64,000 bases of DNA, taken from the NCBI RefSeq assembly GCF_040938485.1, contig NW_027272312.1, positions 62,001 through 126,000 on the forward strand, in the 5' to 3' direction. Of this stretch, positions 1-12,277 are shown in pieces. This DNA comes from Diadema antillarum (Eukaryota). The translations under genes and the position numbers were made by a program. The notes under the pieces were generated by a model that worked only from the letters and a program-made list of their open reading frames with translations, had not been told where the DNA came from and did no database searches. Each line of letters starts with the position of its first letter. Positions within the stretch are counted from its first letter, which is position 1.

Positions 1-1437
1 TCCCGTGAAATAACGACCACTGCGGATCAAACAGGCCGCTCAAATCTTTTATCAATGCGATAAACCTGTTATTCTTCGTAGCATATAAAACTTCTCCGGA
101 GACGTGATTTTAACGATCTCCGCTCAATATAAATCAAAGGTATTATTTATTGTGCCGTTCTGACGTTCAATTTATATGTGCTGCAAAAATAGAATGGTTT
201 TCGCACTTTGAATGATATTATCGTAGATTATCGCATATCCAAGTCAGTATAACTTGAAGAACTGCCAGGTGTAAATCGAAATATATACCGTCAGTACAGA
301 AGGAATGTATATTAAAGCCTAATGCTGTATTACCAAACTTGACACATTCGTCTTTCATTATTAATTCACTCACTCTTTATTTTTGTAACATAATCATGCA
401 CACATTAAAATTTTTGTTTTAATTCTGTATTGAAAAAGCAAACAAACATAGGCAGCATAAAAGTTATTAAGGAATAAGGAATGCACAACTATAGTCCACC
501 AGTCATATAAGGGGTTAAAATTATTAGATGTATAGATAAAAATAATATTTAAGTCCCATAATATATACATGACCATGCTTCCCGCACTGTAATGAGTACC
601 AAGGTGATAGCGTCCGTTTCTTATATTGATGTTGGAGTATCTGCTAAAATAATGTTAAACTCCAACCTAAACACTTAAAAAAAAAAATACAATAAGATAC
701 CGTAATACTCATTTCACATTTTAGGCACTCTTTTTCTTACGCATTGCCACATCTGAGACGTCAAACCCTTTTAAAAATATGATTATGTATTATACCCTAT
801 ATTCAGACAATATTTTTTGACAATATTTTACAGAAAAGAAAATCAGAGATTGGTCAATTCATCAAAGTATAGTTTTTGGCTAACCCTAGCAAATTCAAAC
901 GTATGACTATCATATTCCATATGAGTTTTATGACCATGTTAGTGAAAGGCTTTAATGCGACGGAGTTTTAAGGGCACTGAAAATACAACTAAAACAAGTT
1001 TGAGTGTATAAGAAGGAGGAGACAAATGTTATGAACTACATTATTCTATTTGCGAGAGATTAAACGGAAGCGCAATACTAATATGCGTTAAATCACATTC
1101 AAATCTGCGGCACACAATCGAATAGATTTTGAAGCTGCTGGTTAGGAGATGCGTGCAGGCATAGTACAATTATTGTACTTCTTCGGTATTTGTTAGTTTC
1201 GGACGTTCTTTTGTGTGATATTATATGATCATCTCAATTCTTTTTGTTTAATCTAAACTGGTAATTTTATATAATCATTTTGACTCTTGATATCTTGACA
1301 TTCATCACGTTTATTTTCAGTGGAAAAGGCGCAAAATTTCATACTGACTATACTTAGACTTCATGCTGTCAGTAATCAATAACTTTAACATTAATGTTTA
1401 TTATATGATATCTTTATCATATACTGTACATATATAT

Positions 1438-1681
1438 GAAGAGTTTGTTTGCAAAAACCGATAAGTCCATTTTTGAAGATTTTGAAGTACGGTTTCTGTA
1501 ATAAAGTACAAAATAATACCTTTTAAATGATATATTGGTCACTACATATAAAGGTACATTTTTGAAGTTATGGTCAAAAGAAGCAAAAATTTTCTTATTA
1601 TTCTCTTTATTTTTCTTGACCTTTAATCGCAAATATCTCCATTTGGCAAATATGGACTTATCGGTTTTTGCGAACAAACTC

Positions 1682-1684
<3 letters not shown>
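1438..1684. mobile_element. 247-bp MITE, Sola1-like, copy 1
   Basis: TIR GAAGAGTTTGTTTGCAAAAACCGATAAGTCCAT...ATGGACTTATCGGTTTTTGCGAACAAACTCTTC; flanked by ATAT (1434-1437 and 1685-1688, the latter running into a TA array). A 4-bp AWWT TSD is the Sola1 pattern. Confidence 0.8.

Positions 1685-1719
<35 letters not shown>
1685..1719. repeat. (TA)n microsatellite
   Basis: Perfect TA run directly after the MITE. Confidence 0.95.
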
Positions 1720-1721
<2 letters not shown>

Positions 1722-1924
1722 TCCCCACACATTTAGAGAGAGAGGGGGTGATATGCATGCTGGATGCTTTTAGTTATTTTCTTCCGAGTTTGATATTCTC
1801 TCAATAGCGTTTTACCGTAAAACTGCGATTGATTGAATTATAGGACTAACCAGAAACCTGCATGCACTATAATGAATAAAAACCTGTCCAAAACTGCCAT
1901 CGTTACGAAAGCAACAAAAAAGAT

Positions 1925-1926
<2 letters not shown>

Positions 1927-1964
<38 letters not shown>

Positions 1965-1965
1965 C
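1927..1965. repeat. (CAA)n microsatellite
   Basis: About 13 CAA units. Confidence 0.95.
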
Positions 1966-3075
1966 GTACAAACACACACCAAAGTTATTGTACATGAGAC
2001 AACGAAAATAAAAAACACCATTATATCATCAACGATAAAGTGATGAATAATTTGATAATGTTGAGCAAGTCGCAGGGGAATTGAAAAATTTGTTTATTGA
2101 GTTATATTGTGCTGGTGAAATGTCTATTATAATACAAATTCATGTTGCTGAATGCCACGGGCACATACATAATCATAGTATTATCTTCATTACATCATAA
2201 GTGAAATACGCATAAAGTGATAGGCCCTATATCAGACGAACAGAAAAACACGGACTGAAGAAAGTTATGAGAGATTTAACGTTTCGCAATCATGTATTCA
2301 CAACTCATTGAGACTAGAATCATAATTATTACAACCACATTTGCATTTAGAGGTTTGTGATGATGACCATAATCGCCTTAAATCTCCACGAAATGTTAAT
2401 CGTTGTTGTTGGAAACCAATGAGAATAATCTTTATCCTTCTCAATATACAATCTGTATTGCAGTCTCGTAATTATCTTGTAGCGATGAATCTATACGGGA
2501 AAGAGGTTGTGGTTGCCAAGTTTTCAACGAAAAATAAAATTTCTATCATATCTTACAGTTTGTAAACCAATCAACGAGGGAGATGTAAAGGTAGTGGTAC
2601 ATGTATAATCTTCTCTGTCAACTTATTACACGGATCGTCTTTGCCGTTGATATCATCTTTTATCGGGAAAATCCTTAAATGTTAGTCTTGAAACTTTCTT
2701 ATTAAATTTCTCGCCCGATTGAGAAGAAGCTTCTACAATTCTACAATAATGACTCTATTTTATGAAAGACAACTTTATCATGGTGTATGATCGCACTGTT
2801 AGGAAATTAGGTATATGTATAGGCCTCTATGCTAATTGTGGTGAAATATGTCTAAAATAGAATGGTAAATTCATATTTCTTTTTTTTTAATGGATAACAA
2901 TACTTCTAAGGGCAGAACGTGAATCGCGTTGAGAGTGTTGTTCAAAGAAAGCAATACTCTTAGTTTTTAATTCGGATTTCAACAAGAACAAAATATGGGA
3001 AAATTAGACAAAGATGAACACAAAGTCCCTATACGAATTATATGCAAAAGACAAATAAAACAGGAAAAGAAATAA

Positions 3076-3078
<3 letters not shown>

Positions 3079-3106
<28 letters not shown>
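3079..3106. repeat. (GA)n microsatellite
   Basis: GA run. Confidence 0.9.
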
Positions 3107-3109
<3 letters not shown>

Positions 3110-3275
3110 GAGAAAAAAGAATAGGAGGAGTAGATGAAAAGAAAGAACAGATGATGAGACCAATATAACACAGATATCATGGCAAAATGAAAGCTCTGGA
3201 TGGTCCCTGCAGGGGGTCGAATCGTTCATCTCTATGGTCCACATCTTGCTCCTGTAAGGTGAAGGGTCAAGGTAG

Positions 3276-3404
3276 NNNNNNNNNNNNNNNNNNNNNNNNN
3301 NNNNNNNNNNNNNNNNNNNNNNNNNNNNNNNNNNNNNNNNNNNNNNNNNNNNNNNNNNNNNNNNNNNNNNNNNNNNNNNNNNNNNNNNNNNNNNNNNNNN
3401 NNNN
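3276..3404. other. Assembly gap (N run)
   Basis: 129 Ns. Confidence 0.99.
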
Positions 3405-4100
3405 AGCCTGAGTGTTTATAAACTAATGCGTATAGTCCTCGGTAAGTGTCGGCAGGTCTATACACACGTCCGAAGCAAGTTTATTTTCATGCAGCCTATT
3501 TTCGTAGTGTGGGTATTTTCAATCGATGATGCTTTCGTAGCATAACTCCCCCCCCCCTTTCTATTATAATATGGAAGCACCGGATCAAAGACCCTATATC
3601 AATTGATGGAGTAAACGAGTTTTATCTTGCTACCCACACACACGCCTATAATCTTTATGATTTATCTCCGTTCTCCGATTCATATAGCTTCCCCATCCAT
3701 GAAAATATTTGACTTTGCTCTGTTGATATCGATTTCATAAATAATGTGCAGGTGACGTTTATTATTCTTTTTCTATTTAAAGAGCCAACAATAAGGTCTA
3801 GCTCCTCCCCCCCCCCCATTTTTGAACTCGCATTGCGCTAGACACGGAGGTCGCGTATGCCCTCATGCAATTAATGGTCATCATGACATGGATGATTATT
3901 TTGATGCAGCTCTCCGTGGAAGTTTGTCAAGAAACAAACCAGATTGCCTGCGATTTCAAAAGTCTCTGACAAGGTACAGTAAATAGTTACCAAATGTTAG
4001 TCAGGTCATAAACCAGTCTCCTTTACTGCTTCGAATGTATTATCTGTAAATGTAAGTTATTCAGAAACGTATCATTCAATTTGCTTTCCTATTAAAGCTG

Positions 4101-4335
4101 CACTCTAAAAAATGAAATGGTATAAATCAACAATCATTTTAAATGTTGTCACTCCCCAAACCTTTTGTTATTAAATTGAATACTCAAAATGCCAAATTTA
4201 ACATTCAAAATGTTGTATTTACTATTTCAGAAATGATAAATCCAACATTTTTGGTGTTAGATTCAACATACAAAAAGGTTGGAGAAGAGGCAACACTTAA
4301 TAATATGCTGATTTGTCGTTTTGTTATTCAGAGTG
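4101..4335. mobile_element. Short MITE with CACTC termini (CACTA/EnSpm-like, degenerate)
   Basis: CACTCTAAAAAA...TTATTCAGAGTG imperfect TIRs; flanks TG/TA; internal CAACA/TGTTG and TTTAACA-like repeats. Confidence 0.45.
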
Positions 4336-4413
4336 TATCATAATATTCGGTACAGGTCGTAGAGAAACTGGACCTTTACAGGTCTTCTCTCTTGGCAGTC
4401 TATGGTTGTATTT

Positions 4414-4660
4414 GAAGGGTTTGTTTGCAAAAACCGATAAGTCCATTTTTGAAGATTTTGAAGTATGATCTTTGTCATAAAGTACAAAATGATACCTTTT
4501 AAATGATATATTGGTCACTACATAAAAAGGTATATTTTTAAAGTTATGGTCAAAAGAAGCAAACATTTTCTCATTATTCTCTTTATTTTTTTTGACCTTT
4601 AATCGCAAATATCTCCATTTGGCAAAGATGGACTTATCGGTTTTTGCAAACAAACTTTTC
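4414..4660. mobile_element. 247-bp MITE, Sola1-like, copy 2
   Basis: Highly similar to 1438-1684 and the same length; ATTT TSD at 4410-4413 and 4661-4664. Confidence 0.85.
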
Positions 4661-6539
4661 ATTTCCTGAAGACAAACAATCAGTGAGAACTTTAAGGCTT
4701 AATAGGTTATACCGGTCTGCTTAATCTATGCCCCACCAGTAAAAGTTGTACTAACACGAAAGACACATAGGCCTATATCACATGAAAAACCCGAACTGTA
4801 TTTCAGAAGTAGCCTATTATGTACAACAACTACAGATGGGTATTATTAATGTTCAGCAACCCGCAGCATACCTCATTTAATCAACTCTCCATCGCTTGAA
4901 TTTTATGCATTTGTTATTTGACTCTTTGGCATAGAATGGGTTAACAAGAAAAAAACCCGTTCCGCGATATACATTCAAACAATAAACACTTTCTGAGCAA
5001 AGTCAAAACCAAAACAAAAAAGCGGTTTGCCCTCTTTTTACAGCATAAAGATGTAGAATGGCAGTTTGCGATGTTCTCGCTCAGGAGCATTGTTTGGTTA
5101 GAAAAGTTAGCGGAACACTATTAAAAAGGCGCTAATCATGATTCAAATCGGTCTCTCTAAAATTAGACTCTTTGGTCCCTCTCTAAACATCTGACTTTTT
5201 TTTTCCACATAGCGCCCTCAAAAGGCCATAGTACGAACATGTCAGTTTCTGAATGACAATACTACCTGCGTAATATCGATTTCTCTCGCGCACGGTACTT
5301 TGTATTGATGTCTTCTCTTGATGATGTTGAACAATACGATCAGCGTCCAGTAAAATAAAACATGAAAGAGATAGGACCCTTACTGGTCCATGGTAAGACT
5401 AAAGAAAATGTCAAAAGAGTGCGAGCTTAACTTTCAAGCAATGATGATAGGTCATGAGTTAGTACGAAGAGATAGAAATTTGCTCGTAGAGCCATGCAAT
5501 GATATTATTATTATTATTTTTTTTTGGCACACATACACACTAACATACAATAACAATAGAACGAAAAGTGGACTTTGTAACAGCATTCCACATTGCGACA
5601 TTACATATTATTGCCTATTGATGTTGCATTATTTCTACTTTTGTCTTAGCGCAAAATCTAACCCAGAAGAAAGTGGCCCTGGATTCTTACATCATCTTGA
5701 ATGAAAGAAGAAGCAGGGCTGAAAATTAAGTGAAAGCATGGTCGAGACGCTCGAATTGTAGTCGACATACCATTATATGCATTATTCAAACTGACAGAAA
5801 ATATATACTGAATGACTAAAAACTATTGGAAAAGAAAGAAAACAGGAGGCAGAGCGAATTCATAACGAAAACGGCAAGTTTAGAAAAAATACAAAGCAAC
5901 CTTCATTTTCCCCCTTCCTTGCCGTGCATGACGAAGCTAAAGAATATTGTAGAATAGCGATCCTATGGTTCACCTTTCAAGTTAACCTTGTGTTTGATAG
6001 CGATTTAATGACTGGTTAACAGGATTAAACTACAAAGTGGAATCCCTTTCGCGTTCGTGGAATTAAACGAGCTTGTTACACCAAATTTTCTCGACCTTCA
6101 GTGAATAACCCCTTTTGTCTCTTCGGAGTATCCTTTCTCCTTTGAACAGTCTCGAAGAGATTATCAAGTGAATAGAGGAAGAAAGAGTGGGCCAATCGAG
6201 GAAACAACTAAAGGCAACGAAGTGTATCAGTTTATTCCCTTTTGTTGGGAAAACAGCTTTTGTCGAGATTCCTTTTGATAAGGAAAACGTCCACGACAAG
6301 AACGAAGGATTTTCTCCGGAGGGCTATTATGTCATTAAAGTGGACTCCTCTAAATTTACTTTTAGAAACGAATGAAAGTTCCATGGAATTCGTCATTATA
6401 GTGAATATTCATGCCAAGCGAGGGAATCTTACAAAATGTTCAATATAATATCAATAACTTTCCTATGACTGAACCATTCGATATAGTGTTGAAACACAAT
6501 TGAATAATAGCTATTCATATTTCCAGGGGGAGGTGGAGC

Positions 6540-7200
6540 TTTCAACACAACAGCACCCTAGAAGCAAGCTTAATCAAGATGGCGTCTGCAACAACGCTCG
6601 CTACGTGAAACCAGCTCCTGTTTAGCAACAGAATGTTTCTGCTTACGTTGGATTTATCTCGCTTTCGTGACGGATAACCAATATGGAATATTGAAAGGAA
6701 TAAAATGGAGAAACTTGGCGAAAGGAAGAAGAGGGGAAAGGTAGGTTTTCACCCTTTAAGCTTGAAGAATGAATCCTGATACTGCATATTCAAATTTCGA
6801 GGAGTGTGCTTGTCGTGCATCGGATTGGGCTCGGGCTGGCTCCGGCGTACTATGCTATGGCGGTACGCTGGCGGTACCACTGTGGGCATCTGTGACAATG
6901 ACATGTTACATACTTGTGTTGTGTCTCAGTTCAATCGCATTCTGCTCTACTCAAATAGAATCTAAGCACTTTCCGAGACGTGGTTCGCTTGTCGCTAGAT
7001 CATAGATATGGTGTAGTAGTACGTAGGGCCTACTTTGATCGGGACGGTGAAGTGTTTTCCATGTTGCTTAAACCTTCGATTGACAGCAACTAATTTGCAG
7101 GTCACTCTTGATACTCGGCGCCTACCGCCTAGCATACCCTAGGCCACTTCATGATCATGAGCAACCGGTATTGGTAACCGGTCGGATGGATGACCATGGA
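6540..7200 (+). promoter_or_regulatory. CpG-rich promoter and 5' exon region (distal TTC28 promoter candidate)
   Basis: YY1-type AAGATGGCG at 6576-6584; CpGs are frequent here and nearly vanish downstream of about 7300; strong donor AAG|GTAGGT at 6740/6741. Confidence 0.6.
6705..6740 (+). CDS. TTC28: Candidate first coding exon of TTC28 (MEKLGERKKRGK)
   Basis: ATG in strong context (AAAATGG) with an in-frame TAA upstream (6675); 12 codons end at a phase-0 donor that matches the phase-0 acceptor at 46652. The junction is inferred; there is no transcript evidence. Confidence 0.45.
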
Positions 7201-10200
7201 CATGGTATGGCAAGCTGCTAGAGACTCCTGTAGTTTGCTAGAGTTCTCTTTTGCAGCTTTTGATATTTAGTATTGTGTGGGTAGGATGGTCGTTGGTTTG
7301 CTACCACTGCAGTTAATACCTGTATTCATCTGTTTTTTGGGGGCCTCTGGAAAGACAATAGTCTTCCATGTATAGATTATTTAATGCCCTCCCACTAACC
7401 ACTTTCAGCAACTAGCAAGTTTCCACTGTATGTCAAACTTGAGTACCTTGACTTCTTTATTGCAGTATTGACTGCTACTGTTTGAGAAAACTACATGTAG
7501 ATTATCTACTCTGCAGAGTATACGAATCTGTTGTACTTCCTTGACAGGAATGCATCAACTTCTGACTGGAATCTGTTATTTGTTGTTTATGCTTCTACAG
7601 CTGACTTTGTTTATGACAATCATGTTCATGTGTTTGTTACCAGATTTGCTAATGGCACCTGACCTGTGAAATTCGTGAAAATATACCATGTTGTATACAG
7701 GTCATTGCCAAACTTCAATCAAGTTGCATGATCATAGGGAACAGTGATTATAGGGAACCTTCTGACACCTGATCAGGTTGCCTGCAAAACTGATAGAGCT
7801 TCTAGTGATAGCCTTTGTTTATCACCATCTTCCCCCACCCCCCCAAAAAGAAAACACACGCACATTCTCTCTAACACACACACACACACACATACAAAAC
7901 AAAAAACAAAACCCGAAAGGCAATAAACAACCCCCCCCCCCAAAGAAAAAAAAAAAATCAATGAAAAGCAAAACATGGCATGGAAGATGTAGTATTTTTG
8001 ACGCGACTGTATTATGACATGCCAATGTTAATTTCCAGAATGAAGTGAAGGGTGCTAGGCTAGTAGTCTTCATCATTGATGTATATCTAGATGATATGAA
8101 TATTGAATTTTAAGTCTAGGTAGAAGGAAAGAACAAATTGTTAGCCAGAATATGTCATATGATTGTAAATTTACAAATTGTATGTCATTTTTAAATAGGT
8201 TGTGTCATTCTGTGTGAGTTTGAATGTCCTTTTGTCTTTCTAAAACCTATCACAAGACAATGTCTAAGTAGCCTTTTTAATGATAATATCGCAATCATGC
8301 CAGGGAAATTTATTGGAATGTTACTAACACTAACATGATGTCAAGAACTCTGTTCTGCAGTCATGTGACATCAAGATTAGCTTCTTACATCACATTGATT
8401 CACTGCACTATATATGTAATTGCTCAGGACTATTGTGTTTTGATAATACATGTACAACGTTGTATGCTCATCTGCTGTGTCTGAAAGGACTCACTTTGGT
8501 TTGGGTGATACACAGGAGCCACTGCATTACAGAGTCTGTCATGTCATGCATTGTGGGTGTACAAAGCAACTGAGATCTTCAGTTTACAAAATTGTATCCT
8601 ATACAAGAGATACTTAAAAAAATGAAAGTGAACAAGGGAGCTGATGATTTTATTAAATTTACAGTATGTTAGCCTAATGTCTTCTTATTCACTATAAAAT
8701 AAAAATTTATATGGAAAAAAAAAAGAGAGAAGAGATAAAAAATTTCCCCTTTAGCATTATTTTGTCCTTTCCCTTCAAACATTGCGACTTTCTGTATGGG
8801 GACCATAGTGGGATAAATTCCCCTCTCTTGTAACACTCAAAATGACAGCAATACATGAACCATATCAATGTGCCCACTGTTTTCAAGGAAGAGACAAGCC
8901 TCTTATTCTCTCCAGTATTAATCATCAGTTAGTTCATGTTGCAAGTTTGAGGCAATGTAATTCTACCGATTCTATCACGGCCACAGGAGACACTTGATTC
9001 CAACAGCTGCAGGGTCCTGTGGACATTGATTATTTGGAGTAGCTTTCAGTTACTCCTTCTGATATTCAATTATACAGAGTGAGTGTTAAATCAGAAAGTG
9101 CCTGTCAATCTGGTTTTAGCAGAGCAAGCTCAAGTGTGACAGGTTTGTGTTACATGTGTAGCACTATTTGTTTGAAGTTCTAGTATTCAAAAAGCGACAG
9201 AATATGGTGAAGTTTACTGGTCAGTGGAATGTAAACTTTTCCATTCGATGAGCATGGTGCAGATAAAAATAAGTCACGGATATATAATACAAGTAGTAGA
9301 CCTACATTGAGTGTGTGTTTCAATTTTATAGTGTTGTATTATGATTTGCTGATTAAAAGTCTTTCTCAGACTTGACTGGCAAGTTTTGCCATCTTGCTGT
9401 GATTTCATCAGTTTTCTGTGGAACCACTAGTGACCTTTGCTATACTTTTAAGAGCAGAGGTTCAGTCAGTATTCAAAACCAGGACTTTCAATACAAGAAT
9501 GCTGTTCTCACTTCGGAAGGCAGCTTCAAATAGAAAGAGCATCACATCCTTACATTATGTAGGCTTCCTTTGCCTGTTTGCGTTTGAAGTGGGTGCTAAG
9601 ATTTCCCTCCAAGTAAACACAGTAGTGAAGGAAAAAGATAGGAATGCTTGAGTGTGCAAAGCGTGACAGCATCTAAACCTGCGACACAGGGCCCTGATCC
9701 AGAACTGCTCAGCAGTGCTTCTTATGGTGTACTGTAGCTGTCACTCCCGAATGAACTCTGCATGCCACTGGGAGGCCCAGTCACTATTGGTACAGTGTAT
9801 TACAAAAAAAAACTAAACAAAACAAAACGAAAACGAAAACAGAGATAAGAAATGTAAATGTTTGACAGGGCTTCCTAAATAATTGTGATAGCCGATAGAC
9901 AACTACTGGAGCTTGCTTGCTTGCTTGCTTGCTCTTCGGTCTGATGGGAGCAGAAGTAAAACAGTGTCTGGTGTTATGTAATAACAAATCTTCTGCAGGG
10001 TCCAGAGGTCATTGAGATCAGTTGGACCCCAAAATACATCAAGTATACTACATTAAGTACATGTATACCATTATGTGCATTTGTTTTTGTAGTAATATTT
10101 ATGCATGTGTGCTTGCCTGTAGGCCCTACGGATGTGTAAGTGTTTTGGGATGGGGGGGGGGGGGGGGGAGGAGGCAAGGGAGGGAAAGGGATTAAAAACA

Positions 10201-10736
10201 GATGAGATGAATTATTCAGGTGCAAGACAGAATTATAAACAATGTATTTTATTCTTTGCTTGTCTCATTGTGGAATACAATATTTGTTTTCGAACCTTAC
10301 TTTGATATCTGATTAATGGAATTACATGTGTACATTTAGTGGGGGGGGGGGGGGGGTATAGATTTGGAATTGTCAAGGAAAATGTTGATGTGTACACTTG
10401 AATGAGGGACACTTTCCCTTCCAGAATGGAGAAGTAAACCCTGTAACTTTGTGGTGGATAGAAGGCCTCGACTGTGCAGTATGTTTAATAATAATACAGA
10501 GTTGTGGGCAGACAGGCAGTAGGCCTACAGTATGTACACCATGCATGCGACACAGCCATTTTTTTTTTCTTTAATGTGCATTTTTTATTTTCAAATCGCA
10601 GCTCATCATGTAGTGAAGACAGATGTGTTCAGTATGATTTATTGTACCTGCTAATCGAGGGGAACAGCCTGACCCCCTCTATGTCACCTACAATTTGATT
10701 GTGCCGTCTCTGGTCCAGATATGTTCTGTGTGTATG

Positions 10737-10776
10737 TGTTTGTTTGTTTGTTTGTTTGTTTGTTTGTTTGTTTGTT
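10737..10776. repeat. (TTTG)n microsatellite
   Basis: Tetranucleotide run; a second shorter run lies near 10818-10838. Confidence 0.9.
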
Positions 10777-12068
10777 TTTTTTTTTGGGGGGGTATTATTC
10801 TAGTTTTTATTGCTGTTTTGTTTGTTTGTTTGTTTGTTTTTTTATTGAGGGGGGGGGGTTCAATGATTGGCATGGGCCTCAAATAAAAATACTGTCATGT
10901 TGTTTTTCCAGTAGAATAATAATTTTTAAGGGAATATTCATAAACATTGCAGTAGATCATTCCCAAATGCCTTTCCCATTCTCAAATCCCATTGAATAGC
11001 ACTGATAGCAGAGTAAAGAAAATAATTTTGCTCAAATCAGTGGTTGTGGGAATAAATGCCCAAGGGATTACATCTGTTGACAAAAATGAAGGAATTTCAA
11101 AGTGCAATTTCCATGTCAGCATTAAACATGAATATTATTATAGCATATTACTGTAAATATTTGTTTGTGAAGAACTTTCAGCAAATGCCATTATACTTGG
11201 TACATGTAGGCCTACAGTTGAATGTTTGGATTGATTTTTAAAATTGTGAGGGACCAGGAGGCTACTAATATGAATGATGAACACCCCGTCCTTTGTATCA
11301 GACAAGCTGCTTTCCATACGCACATGTACTGTACAATGTACATAACATTCACAAGGAGAGTGCTAAAGCCTCTTGGGAATACCAAAGTGCCATTTCATAT
11401 GTATGCTCAAGAACACCAGCCATTCTTAGTTTCCACATGAGCAGGGTTGAACAAAAACAGTTTGGTCAGAACCAGACTTAACCACAAAATGGCATAGTAT
11501 CACACCCACTGTAAGCCGCTCACCACTCAAACCCTATTTGCGATTGTGCACTAAGCATGCTGAATTTGCATATCGGAAGAATTTGTGCACATGAACGTAT
11601 GCAGTTTTAGTTCTCTCTTTCTCTCCCACTTTCCTGGTGTCTCCCTGGCATACTGACTGTTCACTGTAGTCTTCTCAAGTGGTAACATTATCCACATTCC
11701 ATCTTGCATTTGGTGGGGTCAAATATGAACCTTTCATTGCCCTCGTTCACCTGGAGGGACTCTTCAGATGTCTCCTCCCATGTTCCTCCGCCAGTAGTCC
11801 GACCCCACCCCTCTCCTACCCTCCTAACCTGTTTCCCTCAAACTAAAATGTAATGTGAATGTGTGATGCTTCACATCACACATGGGGATATGATTCGTCT
11901 TTTGATATTGTCCTGCGTAATGCTGCATGAATGTGATCTACCAGAGGCTCAGAAAATTGTTGGAGTTAGGCAGTGATGATCTACTGTGTATGAAGATGAG
12001 TTTTATAGACAAATACACAGGAGAACTAAAGCCATACAAACACAAGATAAGTTCCCATCAAAGACATA

Positions 12069-12277
12069 CTGTAAAAGTGGACATTTTCGCATGACTAATT
12101 TTTCGCGCTCAGCCAGGTAAGAAGAGTTTCGCATGTTTTTAATTCCTTGGAATCAAGACATCAAGTACTGGAACATATGACAAGCAAAGATATTCACGCG
12201 CTTTTATTTTCGCGCTAGTTTCTGGTTGCGCGAAATGCACGAAAATTTCAACACCATGAAAATTTCCACTTTTACAG
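12069..12277. mobile_element. TA-flanked MITE (Tc1/mariner superfamily)
   Basis: TA|CTGTAAAAGTGGACATTTTC...GAAAATTTCCACTTTTACAG|TA; internal TTTTCGCG/CGCGAAA motifs. Confidence 0.8.

Noticed and set aside
1417-1758. 113-aa and related ORFs (also 4324-4662)
   Set aside because: They are readings through the palindromic 247-bp MITE and TA microsatellite; the similarity between them reflects repeat copies, not a gene family.
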